Below, piece by piece: positions 22,749-35,642 of a stretch of 64,000 nucleotides of DNA. Position 1 is the first letter of the stretch. Each line of letters opens with the position of its first letter. The position numbers and the translations under genes were made by a program. This stretch comes from Iphione sp. A-MEVVRFRX5 (Eukaryota). The notes under the pieces are model-generated. The model was not told the origin of the DNA. It did no database searches and worked only from the letters and a program-made list of their open reading frames with translations. The stretch lies in assembly GCA_976226885.1 (NCBI GenBank), contig OZ320317.1, positions 80,352,001-80,416,000 on the forward strand, in the 5' to 3' direction.

Positions 22749-23420
22749 GTGCGGGTGCTTATCATTGCCGACTACAGAACTGCTAGAGCAGTTACCAGAC
22801 TAGCATGTGGCAACCTACCTCGGATGACCCTACATACGGTGCTAGTAAGGAGGGCATCTTACAGGAGGCTGGCTCGGAAGCGGATGTTCGTGGACACATC
22901 CTCTTATGGGCTCGTCATCATCTGTATCGGGCTTCATGACATCATCAAGAAAGAGACGGGGAACTGGTGCCTGAGAACTGGATGGCGTCGTTCGTATCCA
23001 CACAGGCTGCATTACTACATGCAGTATTTGCGTAGTGTGGTATGCTCGGCCGCGATCCCAAGAGCGAACATACCGAGGCTTGTGTTCGCATCGGTTGCTG
23101 GCGCCGACTTCGCCCGTATGATGCCGGACCTAGAGGATGATGGTGAGCAAGCGCTGCTGGATAGACAGGTGGCGATCCACAATGCGATGGCTGAAGACTC
23201 ATGCAAATCGTATGGTCTGACCCCACTGTATTTGGACCACCCTGTCAACTCAATCGTCAATGGCAGGGTAAGGTACAACTGGGAGTATCTAGAATCCAAT
23301 GGTAGGACACCTACTCAATTAACAATCAGTGACTGGTCCTTCACGCTGCGTGAGTTCATTAAGCAGTATGTCCGCAAGTTTCATCCTGCGCTTCAGTGGC
23401 GTGATGATAATGAGGACTGA
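22749..23420 (+). CDS. SGNH/GDSL-fold (esterase-like) protein with degenerate catalytic motifs, ~223 aa
   Basis: Block I VLIIADY (GDS expected), block III VIICIGLHDI (GxND expected), block V YLESNGRTPT..W (DGxHP expected). No in-frame ATG: the nearest ATG (22715) is out of frame, and the frame opens after TGA at 22716-18. Confidence 0.7.
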   Translation: MRVLIIADYRTARAVTRLACGNLPRMTLHTVLVRRASYRRLARKRMFVDTSSYGLVIICIGLHDIIKKETGNWCLRTGWRRSYPHRLHYYMQYLRSVVCSAAIPRANIPRLVFASVAGADFARMMPDLEDDGEQALLDRQVAIHNAMAEDSCKSYGLTPLYLDHPVNSIVNGRVRYNWEYLESNGRTPTQLTISDWSFTLREFIKQYVRKFHPALQWRDDNED

Positions 23421-23806
23421 GATGGTTGAGACACTGCAGCAATTGAGCTTTAGCCTAGTGTCATTATTTACTACACTGCACTATTGCATTATCACTGTTG
23501 ATGATGTGCTGTTTCTTTTTCACTCGAGTTTGTTTGCGGTGTATGGTATACCCTATGATGTCTCTCTATTATATTCTTGTGCAGCATGACTTTTTGCGTA
23601 AGAGTATGGGTGGTTTTCTGAACCATTTCCCTACTAGTCATCTAGGGACAGAGTGTGAGGAAAATAGTAAATATCCAAGTTAAAGTGTAGAGTTCCACTG
23701 GAGAGTTACCTGTGATTGTATTAACCTACATAGACAATTTTCACTTCTTTCTTCTGTCGGTGGATTTATTTACCATTGTGTTGTCCTTATACCATCATGA
23801 CGATGT

Positions 23807-23840
23807 AAAAAAAAAAAATAAAAAAAAAAAAAAAAAAAAA
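23807..23840 (+). repeat. Internal poly(A) tract (34 nt, one T), followed by a 23-bp tandem duplication
   Basis: A-run read directly. GTACATCTTGTTACATGTAGACA occurs at 23848-23870 and 23873-23895. Confidence 0.95.
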
Positions 23841-24271
23841 TTAAGTAGTACATCTTGTTACATGTAGACATCGTACATCTTGTTACATGTAGACACCTTG
23901 CGTTCCGGTATCGTATCTATCTGCATCTAATTCAGGATCTATTACATAACTGTGATAGTACAAGAGTCCTTGGGTATCCTAGCCATAAGAAGATAATAAT
24001 CCTTTTCTTGGCAGGTACCATTGCCTAAGTGATTACATACCTGTGTTATCCTAGGAATTAGCCATGTACTCGAGTAGTCTAGCTGATAAATATACTGATG
24101 GTTAATATATATATTTGGAGTGTTCAGAAGATTAATTGTCCAGCCGCTGAGGCTGAGCAACGGATGAAAGTAATAGTGAAGTAGGTTGAACTAATGTGTG
24201 CATACGGCTGTTGTCTGTGTGTTGCCTGGTGTGGTGTGACTTGTACTGGGAGAGTGCCGTTGTGTGGAATA

Positions 24272-27049
24272 ATGAAAGGGATAAAGGTAGTACATTACAA
24301 CATTAGGAGTATTTCGAAGAAAGTGTCACAGTTGTCATTACTACTTAAGGAAGATGATGTTCATGTATGTTGTGTGACAGAAACTTGGTTGTCAGAGTCC
24401 TTCAGTGATGGTGAAATTGCTATTCCAGGGTATAAATGTGTTAGGAGGGATAGAACAGGAAGAGGACAGAAGGGTGGGGGCATATTAATTTATTTTAAGG
24501 AGGATTTTGAGGTGCTTGAGGAAATAAAATATGACGAGCAGGGGGGCCTCTGTGAAAGCTTAGGTATACGACTGAAGGCAGGCAAGAGAAGGCCTCTACT
24601 AGTTATGGCCATCTACAGACCGCCTTCTGACAGAGTCTCCAATAACATGAAAAGTATTGAGGCTATAGTTGAGCTTGTGGGGAACAAAAACAGGGAGGAT
24701 AGGGTTATTTTAGGGGATTTTAATTACGACTATGGGGGTAGTGAAAGAGGAGGTCAGGGCCTTACACAGATTTTCTCGGGAGCAGGATATGTACAGCTAG
24801 TCACAGGGACAACTATGATAGGAGGGTGCAGATGCATTGACCATGTATGGACCAATCTTGTAGGCCATCTAGGGGGATGGAAAGGATTATGGGGACTGAG
24901 TGACCACCTTCCAGTGGGCGTGATCGTTAAAAAGGGCGTAAGGAGTAGGGTGGTCAAGGAGCTGACCGTACGAAAATGGGGTGGGGCTGACATAGGATCG
25001 ATCATGAACAAGTTAGATGAGACATCTGAATGGATGAAGAGGGACCATATTGAGGAATGGCGTACATTTGAGAGAGTTATAAGCACTGAGCTGGACCTTC
25101 AATGTCCACCAGTTACTATGAGAAAGAAAATGCGCAGGGATGGCTTCGAGCTTAGTAGGGGGGCAAAAGAGATAGCAGCGGATCGGAAATATTTCTTAAA
25201 TGAATGGAAGAAAAATAAGAGGGAGGATTGCTTACACATCTTCAAATTCCTAAACAAGCTGTTAGCGCAAATAGTCAAAGCAGAAGAAAAGGACTATTGG
25301 TATAGGAAACTTCAGGGGGCTGGGAATGACGGTAGGAAAGTGTGGGGCGTTGTCAATGCGTGCATGGGCAGGGTGCAGGATAAAGCGGGCATACCTAAAA
25401 TGCACGATAATGAGGGTAACTTACTGAATCCAGCGGAGGTATTTAATGATCAGTTTGTAACAGAGGTGGAAAAAATAGCTCAACCAGTGGCACTACAGCC
25501 GAGTGGGAGGACAACCAAAGACAAGTTTGAACTGGAACCTCCAACGGTAGAGGAAGTCAGACAACTGGTAAATGGCATTAATATCCATAAATCCTCGGGC
25601 ATCCCTAGTATACCATCCAGGATCTTAAAAACTGTGCTTCAACTCAGATGTGACTTCCTAGGTTGGGTTTTCAGGCAGATTTACCTCACGGGGCACTATC
25701 CACCAGAATGGAAAATAGCGAGGGTATGTCCCGTCTACAAGAAAGGTGAGCGTACGTGTCCCGGGAACTACAGACCAGTTAGCATACTCCCGGTACCGGG
25801 TAAATTATGCGAATGTTGGTTTTGCAGTAAACTGACTCGGGTGCTGGAAGATAGGGGAGTGATCTCAATCAATCAGCATGGGTTTAGGAGGGATCATGGA
25901 ACGGATACTGCCCTTGGCAGTCTTACGTGCACGGCTCTAGAAAAATTGAACCAGAACGTCTATATGGCCCTAATCATGCTAGACATGAAAAAGGCGTTCG
26001 ATCTTGTCAGTAGGGATGCCATCCATCAGCAGCTAAGACTGGCAGGAGCGGGGGACAATCTGCTGCGCCTGGTGAAGGATTACCTGAGCGATAGGTGGCA
26101 GTATGTTGAATGTGAAGGTACAAGATCTGAGGTAAGACAGGTGAAGCTAGGAGTTCCCCAGGGGTCGGTATTTAGACCCCTGGGGTTCTCATTGGTGGTA
26201 AATACCATTGAGGATGTGCTCCCTGATGGGGTTTCTGCGGTGTTATACGCCGATGATGTAACACTCATGGTGTCTGCCCCCGACTTGTTGCGATTACGTG
26301 GCAAAAGTCAGCAGGCGCTGCGTTGTGTAGAGGGTTGGTGTGACAGTCAAGGCCTGATACTTAGTCCGGATAAATGCAGTCATATGGTGTTAGGCAAAGG
26401 TAAGGGACTAGACTTGGACCTTAAACTGAGGGACTCGAAGTTAAAATCTGTGGAGGAAGTGAACTTGCTGGGGTTTAATCTAGATCCGAAGATGACCTTC
26501 AAGAAGGCTATAAAGGCTGCGCTGAGGAAAATGTGGGGGATGTCGATAAAGCTAGGTAGGGTCAAGAGGCGACTACCATTCAAGGCAAGAGTTATGGCCT
26601 TCCGCTGCCTGGTGCTTACCCACTTGCTGTACATAGCAGGGTTCTTGTTTGGTGCTGCGGGGTCAGATATAATAAGAATTCAGGTAATGCTGAACAAATG
26701 CATCAGAGTGGCAGTTATGGTGGACCGTCGTCAGAGTGCAGTAAACCTGCAACGGAGGCTAGGGATTCCTAGAGTGAGAAGCTTAGTAAGGACGAAAGGT
26801 CTGGCACTAGTGCATAAGTTGATGCAACTTAAACTACTACCATCGGGCAAAAAGACAAGAACAAGGGCTGGCAGGAAACGAGCTGGTAGGTTAGATAAGC
26901 CAAAGTCAAGTAGGTACAAGGTCTCCATCAGGCATGATGGACTAGCCCTATGGAACAAGTTGCCTGACGATCTTAAAACTTGTAAGAAACTGACGACAGC
27001 GACTCTAGAGAACTTCCTTGTGGAGCTGGAGAGGGAAGCGACTGATTAG
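24272..27049 (+). CDS. LINE ORF2p: apurinic-like endonuclease plus reverse transcriptase (925 aa from ATG 24272), CR1/L2 group
   Basis: APE motifs HYNIRS, VTETWL, RRDR..GGG, YRPP, LGDFN, IDH, SDH. RT motifs WK.A.V.PVYKKG, NYRPVSIL, QHGFR, DMKKAFD, GVPQGS, YADD. C-terminal WNKLP and no L1-type CCHC. No internal stop. Confidence 0.96.
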   Translation: MKGIKVVHYNIRSISKKVSQLSLLLKEDDVHVCCVTETWLSESFSDGEIAIPGYKCVRRDRTGRGQKGGGILIYFKEDFEVLEEIKYDEQGGLCESLGIRLKAGKRRPLLVMAIYRPPSDRVSNNMKSIEAIVELVGNKNREDRVILGDFNYDYGGSERGGQGLTQIFSGAGYVQLVTGTTMIGGCRCIDHVWTNLVGHLGGWKGLWGLSDHLPVGVIVKKGVRSRVVKELTVRKWGGADIGSIMNKLDETSEWMKRDHIEEWRTFERVISTELDLQCPPVTMRKKMRRDGFELSRGAKEIAADRKYFLNEWKKNKREDCLHIFKFLNKLLAQIVKAEEKDYWYRKLQGAGNDGRKVWGVVNACMGRVQDKAGIPKMHDNEGNLLNPAEVFNDQFVTEVEKIAQPVALQPSGRTTKDKFELEPPTVEEVRQLVNGINIHKSSGIPSIPSRILKTVLQLRCDFLGWVFRQIYLTGHYPPEWKIARVCPVYKKGERTCPGNYRPVSILPVPGKLCECWFCSKLTRVLEDRGVISINQHGFRRDHGTDTALGSLTCTALEKLNQNVYMALIMLDMKKAFDLVSRDAIHQQLRLAGAGDNLLRLVKDYLSDRWQYVECEGTRSEVRQVKLGVPQGSVFRPLGFSLVVNTIEDVLPDGVSAVLYADDVTLMVSAPDLLRLRGKSQQALRCVEGWCDSQGLILSPDKCSHMVLGKGKGLDLDLKLRDSKLKSVEEVNLLGFNLDPKMTFKKAIKAALRKMWGMSIKLGRVKRRLPFKARVMAFRCLVLTHLLYIAGFLFGAAGSDIIRIQVMLNKCIRVAVMVDRRQSAVNLQRRLGIPRVRSLVRTKGLALVHKLMQLKLLPSGKKTRTRAGRKRAGRLDKPKSSRYKVSIRHDGLALWNKLPDDLKTCKKLTTATLENFLVELEREATD

Positions 27050-30000
27050 GACCTAGGAAAAGTGTGAATGAAGGCCTATAAGGTGTCAGTCTGGTATGGA
27101 AACACTCCGGTGGCTGCCACAGTGGGTTTCCGATCATGGTCTCATTGCTAAACTGTGCATGTGACGTGAGGAGGTATGGAAGTGTGCATGACTAACTACA
27201 AGTGGTGGGGACCACTATAAATGAATTGCAAGTATGTATATCTGAGAATGGTGCTAAAGGTATGAGGCATTAGCACGTGAACCCGACAATAACATATCGA
27301 GGCAAATGTACAGTCTCGCTCAGTAGACTTGTATAGTCATGTGTCTGTGATGCTGTCTTAATGTAAGGTGGACACTGGCACACTTGTGTTCTACTGTGTG
27401 TACATGACGCAGAGACGGTCATAGAGTTCAATCCACAGTTGTTTGTTAACCAAACCGACTACAAGGGAAGTAGTACTTTGCTGGCTTGCGAGAAGTGTAC
27501 CTACTGTGTGTCACAAAAGGCTGTTTTATCGTAGCATGCTGATCTGAGCTTACAAAAATTCAGATCTGGGCAGAAAGCAAGTCGTATTACACCAAGTGAC
27601 TCTGCGAAACAATGTATATCAACTACTTACTCATTGTGAACAAAAACTCTGGTACCAGAACTATTCCGTGGGTGTGCCGAACTGACCCTGCACAACTTTA
27701 CGCTCTGGCAGGAAGAACAACACATAACATCAAGAAACTATCTGATATATGTTTATTCAATTTTTGACATATGTTTATTCACTGTTTACATTATCTGAAG
27801 AAGAGCTTTGTAAGACTTACAGAGAATTCAGAAATAAACGTCATCAATTCAATTCAATCCTTGGAGCCAGACTTTGTATATAAGAACTCACTTCCTGAAT
27901 AAAAGGTTAGTCTCTCACTGCACTTAAGACAGACAACACTGAACTCAGATCTCATGTGGACATATTTTATTTCGTGAGCCATCATTCATCTGAGTTAAGA
28001 GACACATTACAATAGGCATGATATATGATTTGATGTGTGCATGTGGAGGTTTAGTGTATATCATTCATTACATGAAGAATTAATTAATTATGGATTAAAG
28101 AGAAGCAGTGTTTATGATAGAGACATTTACCGCCTTCTAGATGAAGCTTATAGTATACAAGATTATGTTTTATCCTGTACTACCTCGCCCATCGTGGAAA
28201 TTCGATGGTGTTTCCCGCTGTTGTAAAGCTGCCTTGAGGCACTGCAAGGTTAAGCCAGCTGAATGATAAAACTAGCTTGATACTAATTAGCCCGAGAATT
28301 CTGCATAAAACACGTGATTATTTATACTTAATCTCATTTTTCAAATTACACTGTCAGTTGAAGGACGTGTCTTTCTGATTACTGACAAGTGTTTCTCATT
28401 ATACTACGAGTAAAATATTCGTTTGATGTCTGGGAGAGATTAGTTCCTTTCCTGCAAAACAACTTTCAAACTACTTTCAGTTCAGCATAACCATCCAAAT
28501 GGTAATCTGAATGGAGGCATCATGGCTTTCATGAAGGCAGCGTTTAGTGGAATAATTGTAGCATTTTCTTCTTTGCATAGAACCACAAAAAATAGTACCA
28601 TTATTTGCGGTTCTATAGCAATAGCCTACCAGCTGTCCTTCGATTTAGCCATTAATTAGGAATATCGAAAGACAAAAAGAAAGACAAGAAATATCAACGT
28701 CCGCGTTCTTTAGTCCATTAAGTCCCGGTGGAAATGTTATCCACGTGCAATTACATCCACCCATTCCACTCGCCGGTTTGACCGAAACCGGAGTGACATG
28801 GTTGTTAAGGGGGGCCAATTCAACCGGGGGGCTACTAATGCTTTATTTGCAGTGCATGCTGAGGTACCTCTCTACCTATTACTACCTAATATGTACCATT
28901 TTGCCTGGCTAGCTAACTTCTTAAATGAATGCATACCCTGACATATTGCTGCCTCCCGCCGTATGTGATCAATTTGCCTTGGTATTTTGCTACTAAAGAT
29001 CATCCTATGCAATGGCTTTTAATATTAATCATCACAAAGGTCAATTAGTTACTTTGAATACCTTGTGACAACATCATTGTCAAAAAACATTAAAATATAA
29101 TGCTCACTTTTACGTTGTATGACATATATGATATATAGTAAACGTTGCCACTAGAGACAACCGTTTGACTAGTTTACTTTTTCATTATGACCTAACGTAC
29201 CTCTTCCTCGTCACTACGTGGCGAACCTAAGTAGTGAGAACGAAGATCCGCACGTGAGGAGCCATTGGTGAAATTCTTACTTTTTCAGGCCGACAGGCTG
29301 GATCATTTATACCATACAACATAAATTACATGACGGCCAGATAGACAATAATTCAATCAGGGTCTACATATCTTTAACCATGCTAAGGAACTCACATGTC
29401 TTAATATGGACGGGATATTGCGTCGCGCTGTATAAAAACACCAGGTCCGAATAGCTCTTTCCATATACGGAAACCTGAATAGCAATCCATGTTTGTACAC
29501 TTGGAATAAGCTCAGAACACAGTTCTCATTAAATGACACACAATAATATTTACATGTAGCTTATACGTGCTTGTCTATCTGAAAATCGCTGCTTCCCAAA
29601 TGTGGTCATTTCCTTCAGTGGAACGCCAAACATTTGTGGTCCCATGTGCTCTGCTGTCCTGTTGTGGCCTGTTCGGATTGTCGTTTTATGAGTTTCCCTT
29701 CAAAGACGCAGGATATTATTCCGAACAAATGTGACGTTCCACGCTACATGTACTACAGCTAATTCCTTACGTCCATGCATTCACCTGTCAATTTGTAATT
29801 AAGTATCAGCATATAACGTTACCAATACAGATGATGCCTATCCTGAACTATTCTCATCTCCGTCCCTACATATACTATTGCAGCCTTATGATCCCTTCCT
29901 ACCTATTTACCTAGAATGCATTTAAGAATTTCTACCCAGGTAAGTGCTGCTCTGAGCGGTGGTCAGTGGTAGCTGATTACACATGTCGGCAGGCTGGCCT

Positions 30001-32359
30001 GTGGGACGTAAAATCAGCTCTTATCTGCCAGGTAATGATCGGGGATGCCGGCTAGGTGGGAGCGTCAGCGCGCTGGGCGGGCGAGGGTCGCAACACCGGA
30101 GAGGTGTGGCATCTAAGAGGTGTCTACCCGGTTTCCATGTCCGTATCCTGGTGCAGGATGGTGATTAACAAGGCAATCACCCTTCCTCTTCCGCCCAGCC
30201 ACCCATCTAATCGCTAATCTACACCAACAGAAGAAAGTTGGGATACTCCCGTCAGCACCGTGTAGTTGGCCTGCACGCCCACCTTCCTGTCTACCCACCC
30301 ACCCACCCACACCACCCATCCACCTTCCTGTCCGTCGCCAAGCTCTCCGAGAAAGAAAACCACTCTGATGAAACCTTCGTAATGCGTAAGTCCTGTATTA
30401 GCATCAACACAGGCGCAATCCTTTAATTAATCAACATATACGTACAGCCATCATATCTTCTACTAACTGATAAAAAAAACTGCTTACATGTGTATGATTT
30501 CCCCCAAGGAAATTAAATGCTCCTTATTCCAGATAAAGAAACATAGCACCCCTCCTGATTTAGTAATACGATAAATGTAATTGTCCAGTCTAATACAGTT
30601 CAAAACATCTCGTTTTGTTCTCTTGGGCGATCAAATAGATATGTTGTATATTTCTTCTTCAACTATGAGACGTCTTGACAAACTTCACGCCCATTTCTTT
30701 TGCATTCAGGTAGGCGATTCCCAACCTATTATTGAATTCAGATTTGTTGTGGGTGTAACATGAACCGACTATTTAATGCAATTATCAAATTTCGTATGGC
30801 TCTTTTGGTTTCAGAGGGCTACCCACCGGAATCAGGTTTGACGCAGCCTCCCCCTCATTAGGCAATTAAACGAAAGGGAAAATCATTATGACTAATGAGC
30901 GTGAAACAGCTTTTCTTATCCCACCACAGCCCACAGCCTTTCCGTTGACATTTTGCTCATGTGGTATCGTCCCTGTAGCTTCTCCATAATATTTATGCAG
31001 CAGTTAATACTTAGCAGTACGAAAGGTCAGTGTCTTTCCTCCAGGAAGACACATACGTGTTATCTGTGTGTAAAGCATTGTTTCCTTTTAATGCAGTGTT
31101 TTCCTTTCAGTATAATACTAGACTCGAAATTGACTCTCAGTTTACTCTTTCTGCATCCAGCAATATTTTCCCTTGATCAGTCGCTAAGGTATTGACTGCG
31201 AATGACTGATAGTTACATGTATCTTGGCCTCCCGAGTTGTGATCACTGCTCAAATAAAGAACAAGGCATCGTCCTATACACCCTTTCTTTTTTCGCAAGG
31301 CATAGCTTTTACATCGCTCTAACAATTGCATCACTTGAATTAGGTCACCTTCAATCAACACGCTGACTGCTAGTCAAGGGATGATCACCTAAGGGAGTGT
31401 CTCCCTGATACCTGCCAACTGTTTGATGATTGAAATTTGATAGTTGCACTGGTCAAGGCATAAACAATTCCTTCACGGTGAAAATGTCGGGTTTTTATGT
31501 GAAGTTGGTAAACAAAGGTAAAAATGGCACAGTTTGTCTCGGTCGCGCTTTAAAAACCAAACCAGTACGTTTTTAAAATAAACTCTGGTCAGTTAGGTGG
31601 AAACATGAGACCTTTGTATGAAAGTTGATATCAGGTATTTTATTTCATAATTTATATAAACTCAAGAAAATGTTGTGAATGTTGCCGTAAAAAACAGCAT
31701 GGTGCCCCCTTGCAACTGTACAAACACTGCTATGGGGTGTTATCTCTCCATGAATACGACCTACACACCACAGATCTTCATCCTAGCTTTCGGGCTTTTG
31801 AACGTGTTTCTGGTTCTGGGAATCCCCCCCCCCCTCACCGGTCAGATTCGTGCGTTGTTCACCTGCCATCTTATCATTTTTGTGTCTATGTCAAACTTGG
31901 CTCACGACGCCCATTTGTTATTTTTTATTGTTGATATTACAGAAGTTGTATGCACATGTTAATACTAGGGTTCCATGCTGGGTGATATGCCACCAAATAA
32001 GGGCCAGTAAGGTCTCTGAGTACATATCCCTCACACGATAGGAATATCCACTACCAAAATAAGGTCAGTAAAGTCTGTGGTACAACAAAAGACACCTGGA
32101 CTGTTAATTCTACTAACAGTTGTCTATTGGTCCAAAACATTCTATGTAGTTCTGGTTGGACAGTAAGTATACAGTTGATTTTATGGTGGGATCTGATTGG
32201 TTACACATGGATTGGTCATCTGACAGCTATCTTACTATGGATAATATAGGCCGTGTGTGGCTAATAAACAGACTTGAAACCAGCACTGGTTGTGGAAGTT
32301 ACCGAGTTACTTTATTGAACCCACGTGCAAATGAGCTGATCACTGAACGTGAAAGTAAC

Positions 32360-32475
32360 GGGTAGCGCGGACGTAACTTTTACAAAATTGCGACATTTGT
32401 CAAAATTTTAAGCCATCGGATTGGTTGATTCGCGTCATGACGTAATAATTCGTAAAAGTTACGTCTGCGCTAACC
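32360..32475. mobile_element. Small inverted-repeat (MITE-like) element, 116 bp
   Basis: Left arm gggtagcgcggacgtaacttttac (32360-32383) and right arm gtaaaagttacgtctgcgctaacc (32452-32475) are reverse complements at 22/24 positions. No TSD identified. Confidence 0.6.
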
Positions 32476-35400
32476 ATTTCTTTAGTGGCTGGCGATCTGT
32501 CCATTACGGCACTAACGGTGTACATGGACGCTGTCTGGATTTACCAAAAAGGTAGACAGACCAAATCCTACAAATATATTCCACCTCTGGCCCAAGGATC
32601 CAAAAGATTTTTTTTTTAAACACGAAAAACTCACCTCATTTAATAAATATAGAAATATCCCTCTAACAAATTTGGCTTCACATTCAGGATCCCTTTTCAC
32701 ATAAAGTAGGTAGGGGCTCATGACAGGTAAAATGTCGTCAAGCGCATGCTTTTTTTATCATAAGGAGATATCTGAAATTTTCTTTGGCCTCTCCAGTAAG
32801 GCTTTTTACGCAGGACTTCGGGATAGGAAATCACCACTGAATTGGAAAGCTTTTACGAGATGAGCAGATCCTTTTAAGTATTGTCTGTATTTATTCTGAC
32901 ACGATTATTTTCAACGTAAATCCATAAAATCCAAGAATGGTTCTCTCCTAAGCTCTTTTTACAGAGTCATAAGACATTAATTGGACAAAAAGTCCCATAA
33001 TGCAACGTCATAAGACATTGTGATCTGCATTCAAGCCAGTGGTCTTTATGGGAAGACTATTCTAGGGTTTTTCTACTTTACCCTGTAATCATTACCAACG
33101 ATAGCCCTTCGTCATACTCCCTTCACCTTGATTCCTATAAAGAACGTGCTCGGTAACAATTTATACCTGTTTTCTGTGAAAAGTCCTCCCACATATTTCG
33201 GAGTCAAACTCTACCAACAATGTTCTAGTTGGCTGATCCGTCGAGACGGAAAGCCCAAGTACTTTATCATTTCGGAGAAATCTCAATATATTTTCAGTTG
33301 AACAGGTCTGATAGCTTTTAAATGTCATGGATGTTTTGAGGCCACCCTTTCAATCAGTTGACTCAATCAGTTAATCATACTGCTATTCAATATAAGCAGA
33401 CAGATGTGTCATGAGAGAAAATATCACGTCATATCAAAAATAAATAACCTGTTCTTTTCGGCGTATTATCTTGCAATCAATCATCATGGAGACGATACAG
33501 CAAAATAGAAGAATCTTTATAGCCAATGGCCTGTCTGACGCAAGAACTATAATGATACCAGGAAAAGGTATGGATATGATTAACAAATATACGTTTTCAT
33601 CCATGTTTACCCAGAGCAGATCTTCAGTTCTACTGTCGTCGTTAGATATATCCATCGACATTATCAAAAACGAAACAATTCGTAAAACGGGATTAAAGCT
33701 TTAGCCCTTTTCAGAGAGTGACCTCGCCACCTGCGAACTAACGCATAGGGGAACCTTTACCTCCTGGGTGTTCTAGCCTATTAAATGTCAAATGCTCTAA
33801 AACGTATCGATGAATAGTCGAATGTTGAATGATTGCTCCTCTTCTTGGTTGATACCCTGCCTCCATCTGCGTCCACAGAGGACTAGCTTCACCCCGGAAT
33901 ACCATGTATGATGATGATAAGGTCCTTGAGAGGGGGAAAATGCCTTGAAATGGGGAGCAGGATTCAATCTCCCCCGATAACCTTTAGCAAAATACAATAT
34001 GGCTGTAACTGCGCTGCCACTGAGAAAATAATGATCCAAGACTCCATCAGAGACCAGACGGATAGGCATTCTGATAAATTATAGATGTGCCCTTAAGCGG
34101 GAACTTCTTTTGTTTTAATAGACGAAATGTTTTTTTCTGAGTGCATAATTGTATAACCTCCTTCAAACACTTAATACGTCAACATTCTTCACCATAAATT
34201 ATTTTTAGATACTCAGGGTTTTTTTATTTTCAAAACTCATTTGATGGTTTGATGGGGAATGGTCGTATAAGAAATCTCAATTGATTATAGCTAACTATGT
34301 CTCCTCAGACAGTTTTACTAATACAATAAGCATTCTTTAGCCCCTCAAAAACACGGAGGTAATATTTTTGTGATATTTAGGGTTAGAATGGTTGAAATAT
34401 GCGTTAGTGGTATGAGTGGTGATATAAGATTTAATGACCAGGGAATGAATTGATGAAAGGTATGCAGTCTTGCAGTACACGTTATACCTGGAAATGCAAA
34501 TCGGATGTCCTAGTGCTTCCAGTATGGACTGGTACAACCTAAAAGGGAAGTGCTGTTATAGCACTGTTTTACAGCAGGTGTGGAGAGGAGCATGGAAAAC
34601 CCCAGCAAGTCCTTTTAAGAGCAGACCAGGAGGAGGTATCTTCATGATCTGTAGTTTCAACTTTACACTAACTTACTGACCATTGGTTAGCTTTGTTTTG
34701 GTTTGGGCGAACATTAACTGTTGTTATTGAAATATTGTTTTACCTAGATGATCCCCGTATTGCTTCTATGCAAACTAGACCTAACATTAAACCAAATATT
34801 GTGTGGTCAATGTGCACGAAGGTTGTTTCAAGCTTGTTCTAGCGTTCCGTTATCTCATAATTATGTTAAAGATTCCATATATTCCTAGCCACTCTTTAAG
34901 ATATAATGTATATGCAACAGTTCTCTTACGCTTCATTTATGTGGAATACGTAGCTTGATAAGCATTTCAGGAAATCAAATATTGCTAAGAAAGTCTGTCT
35001 CGTAGCCAATTGCGTTCTACAATTGTTGCATTATATGATGCGGTAAACCTGTGCGTGCTGTGGACGTCAGAGAAGGGAGTTAATGTTTGATTTCTACATT
35101 TCTTTTCTACACTGCTGTAATTGGGACAATAGTTGGGCGTATTAGTCTCGTGTCGATTTAGAGAAAAAGTGTCACTATACCATTAATATGTATTAGCGGT
35201 AGCTGCATTAGTTCTGGTTTTGTTCCCTTCAGGAGAACTTAGACTATGGTGGTGTCTGTCAAACTGGTTATGTTCTTTTCTTTTCCAACATGATATTATT
35301 CGGGTTATACATCATATACATTTGGTGATATCCTGATGATTTCCTTTTATTCGTATGATTACATCAGTTCAGACTGATTCTTTATTTTGGTGTCTGCTCA

Positions 35401-35642
35401 TTTCTTAGCAAATTGCCATATGGAATAGCAATTGCACAGGGCAAAAGCTGACAATGTTTAGCTGGTCTCTTCTCCCTCTGTTAATATCTGAGGAAAACAT
35501 TTATCTATGCACTTCTTTATCTTCAAACATCATTTCCCCACACCGTAGTGAGTCATTTATGCAGATTATCCCTTATCTTTTCCGGCTGGATTGAACACCT
35601 GCTGCGCTTTTAACATCATTCAAAAAGAGAATAAGAACATAT

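Larger units (their letters stand above)
21157..27858 (+). mobile_element. CR1/L2-group non-LTR retrotransposon with three ORFs (5' boundary unresolved)
   Basis: Three co-oriented, stop-free ORFs (L1-like ORF1, SGNH-like ORF, APE-RT), then a ~800-bp 3' UTR ending in AATAAA (27833-27838) and a short (CAATT)n tail (27845-27858). No TSD was found. That all three ORFs belong to one element is inference. Confidence 0.75.
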
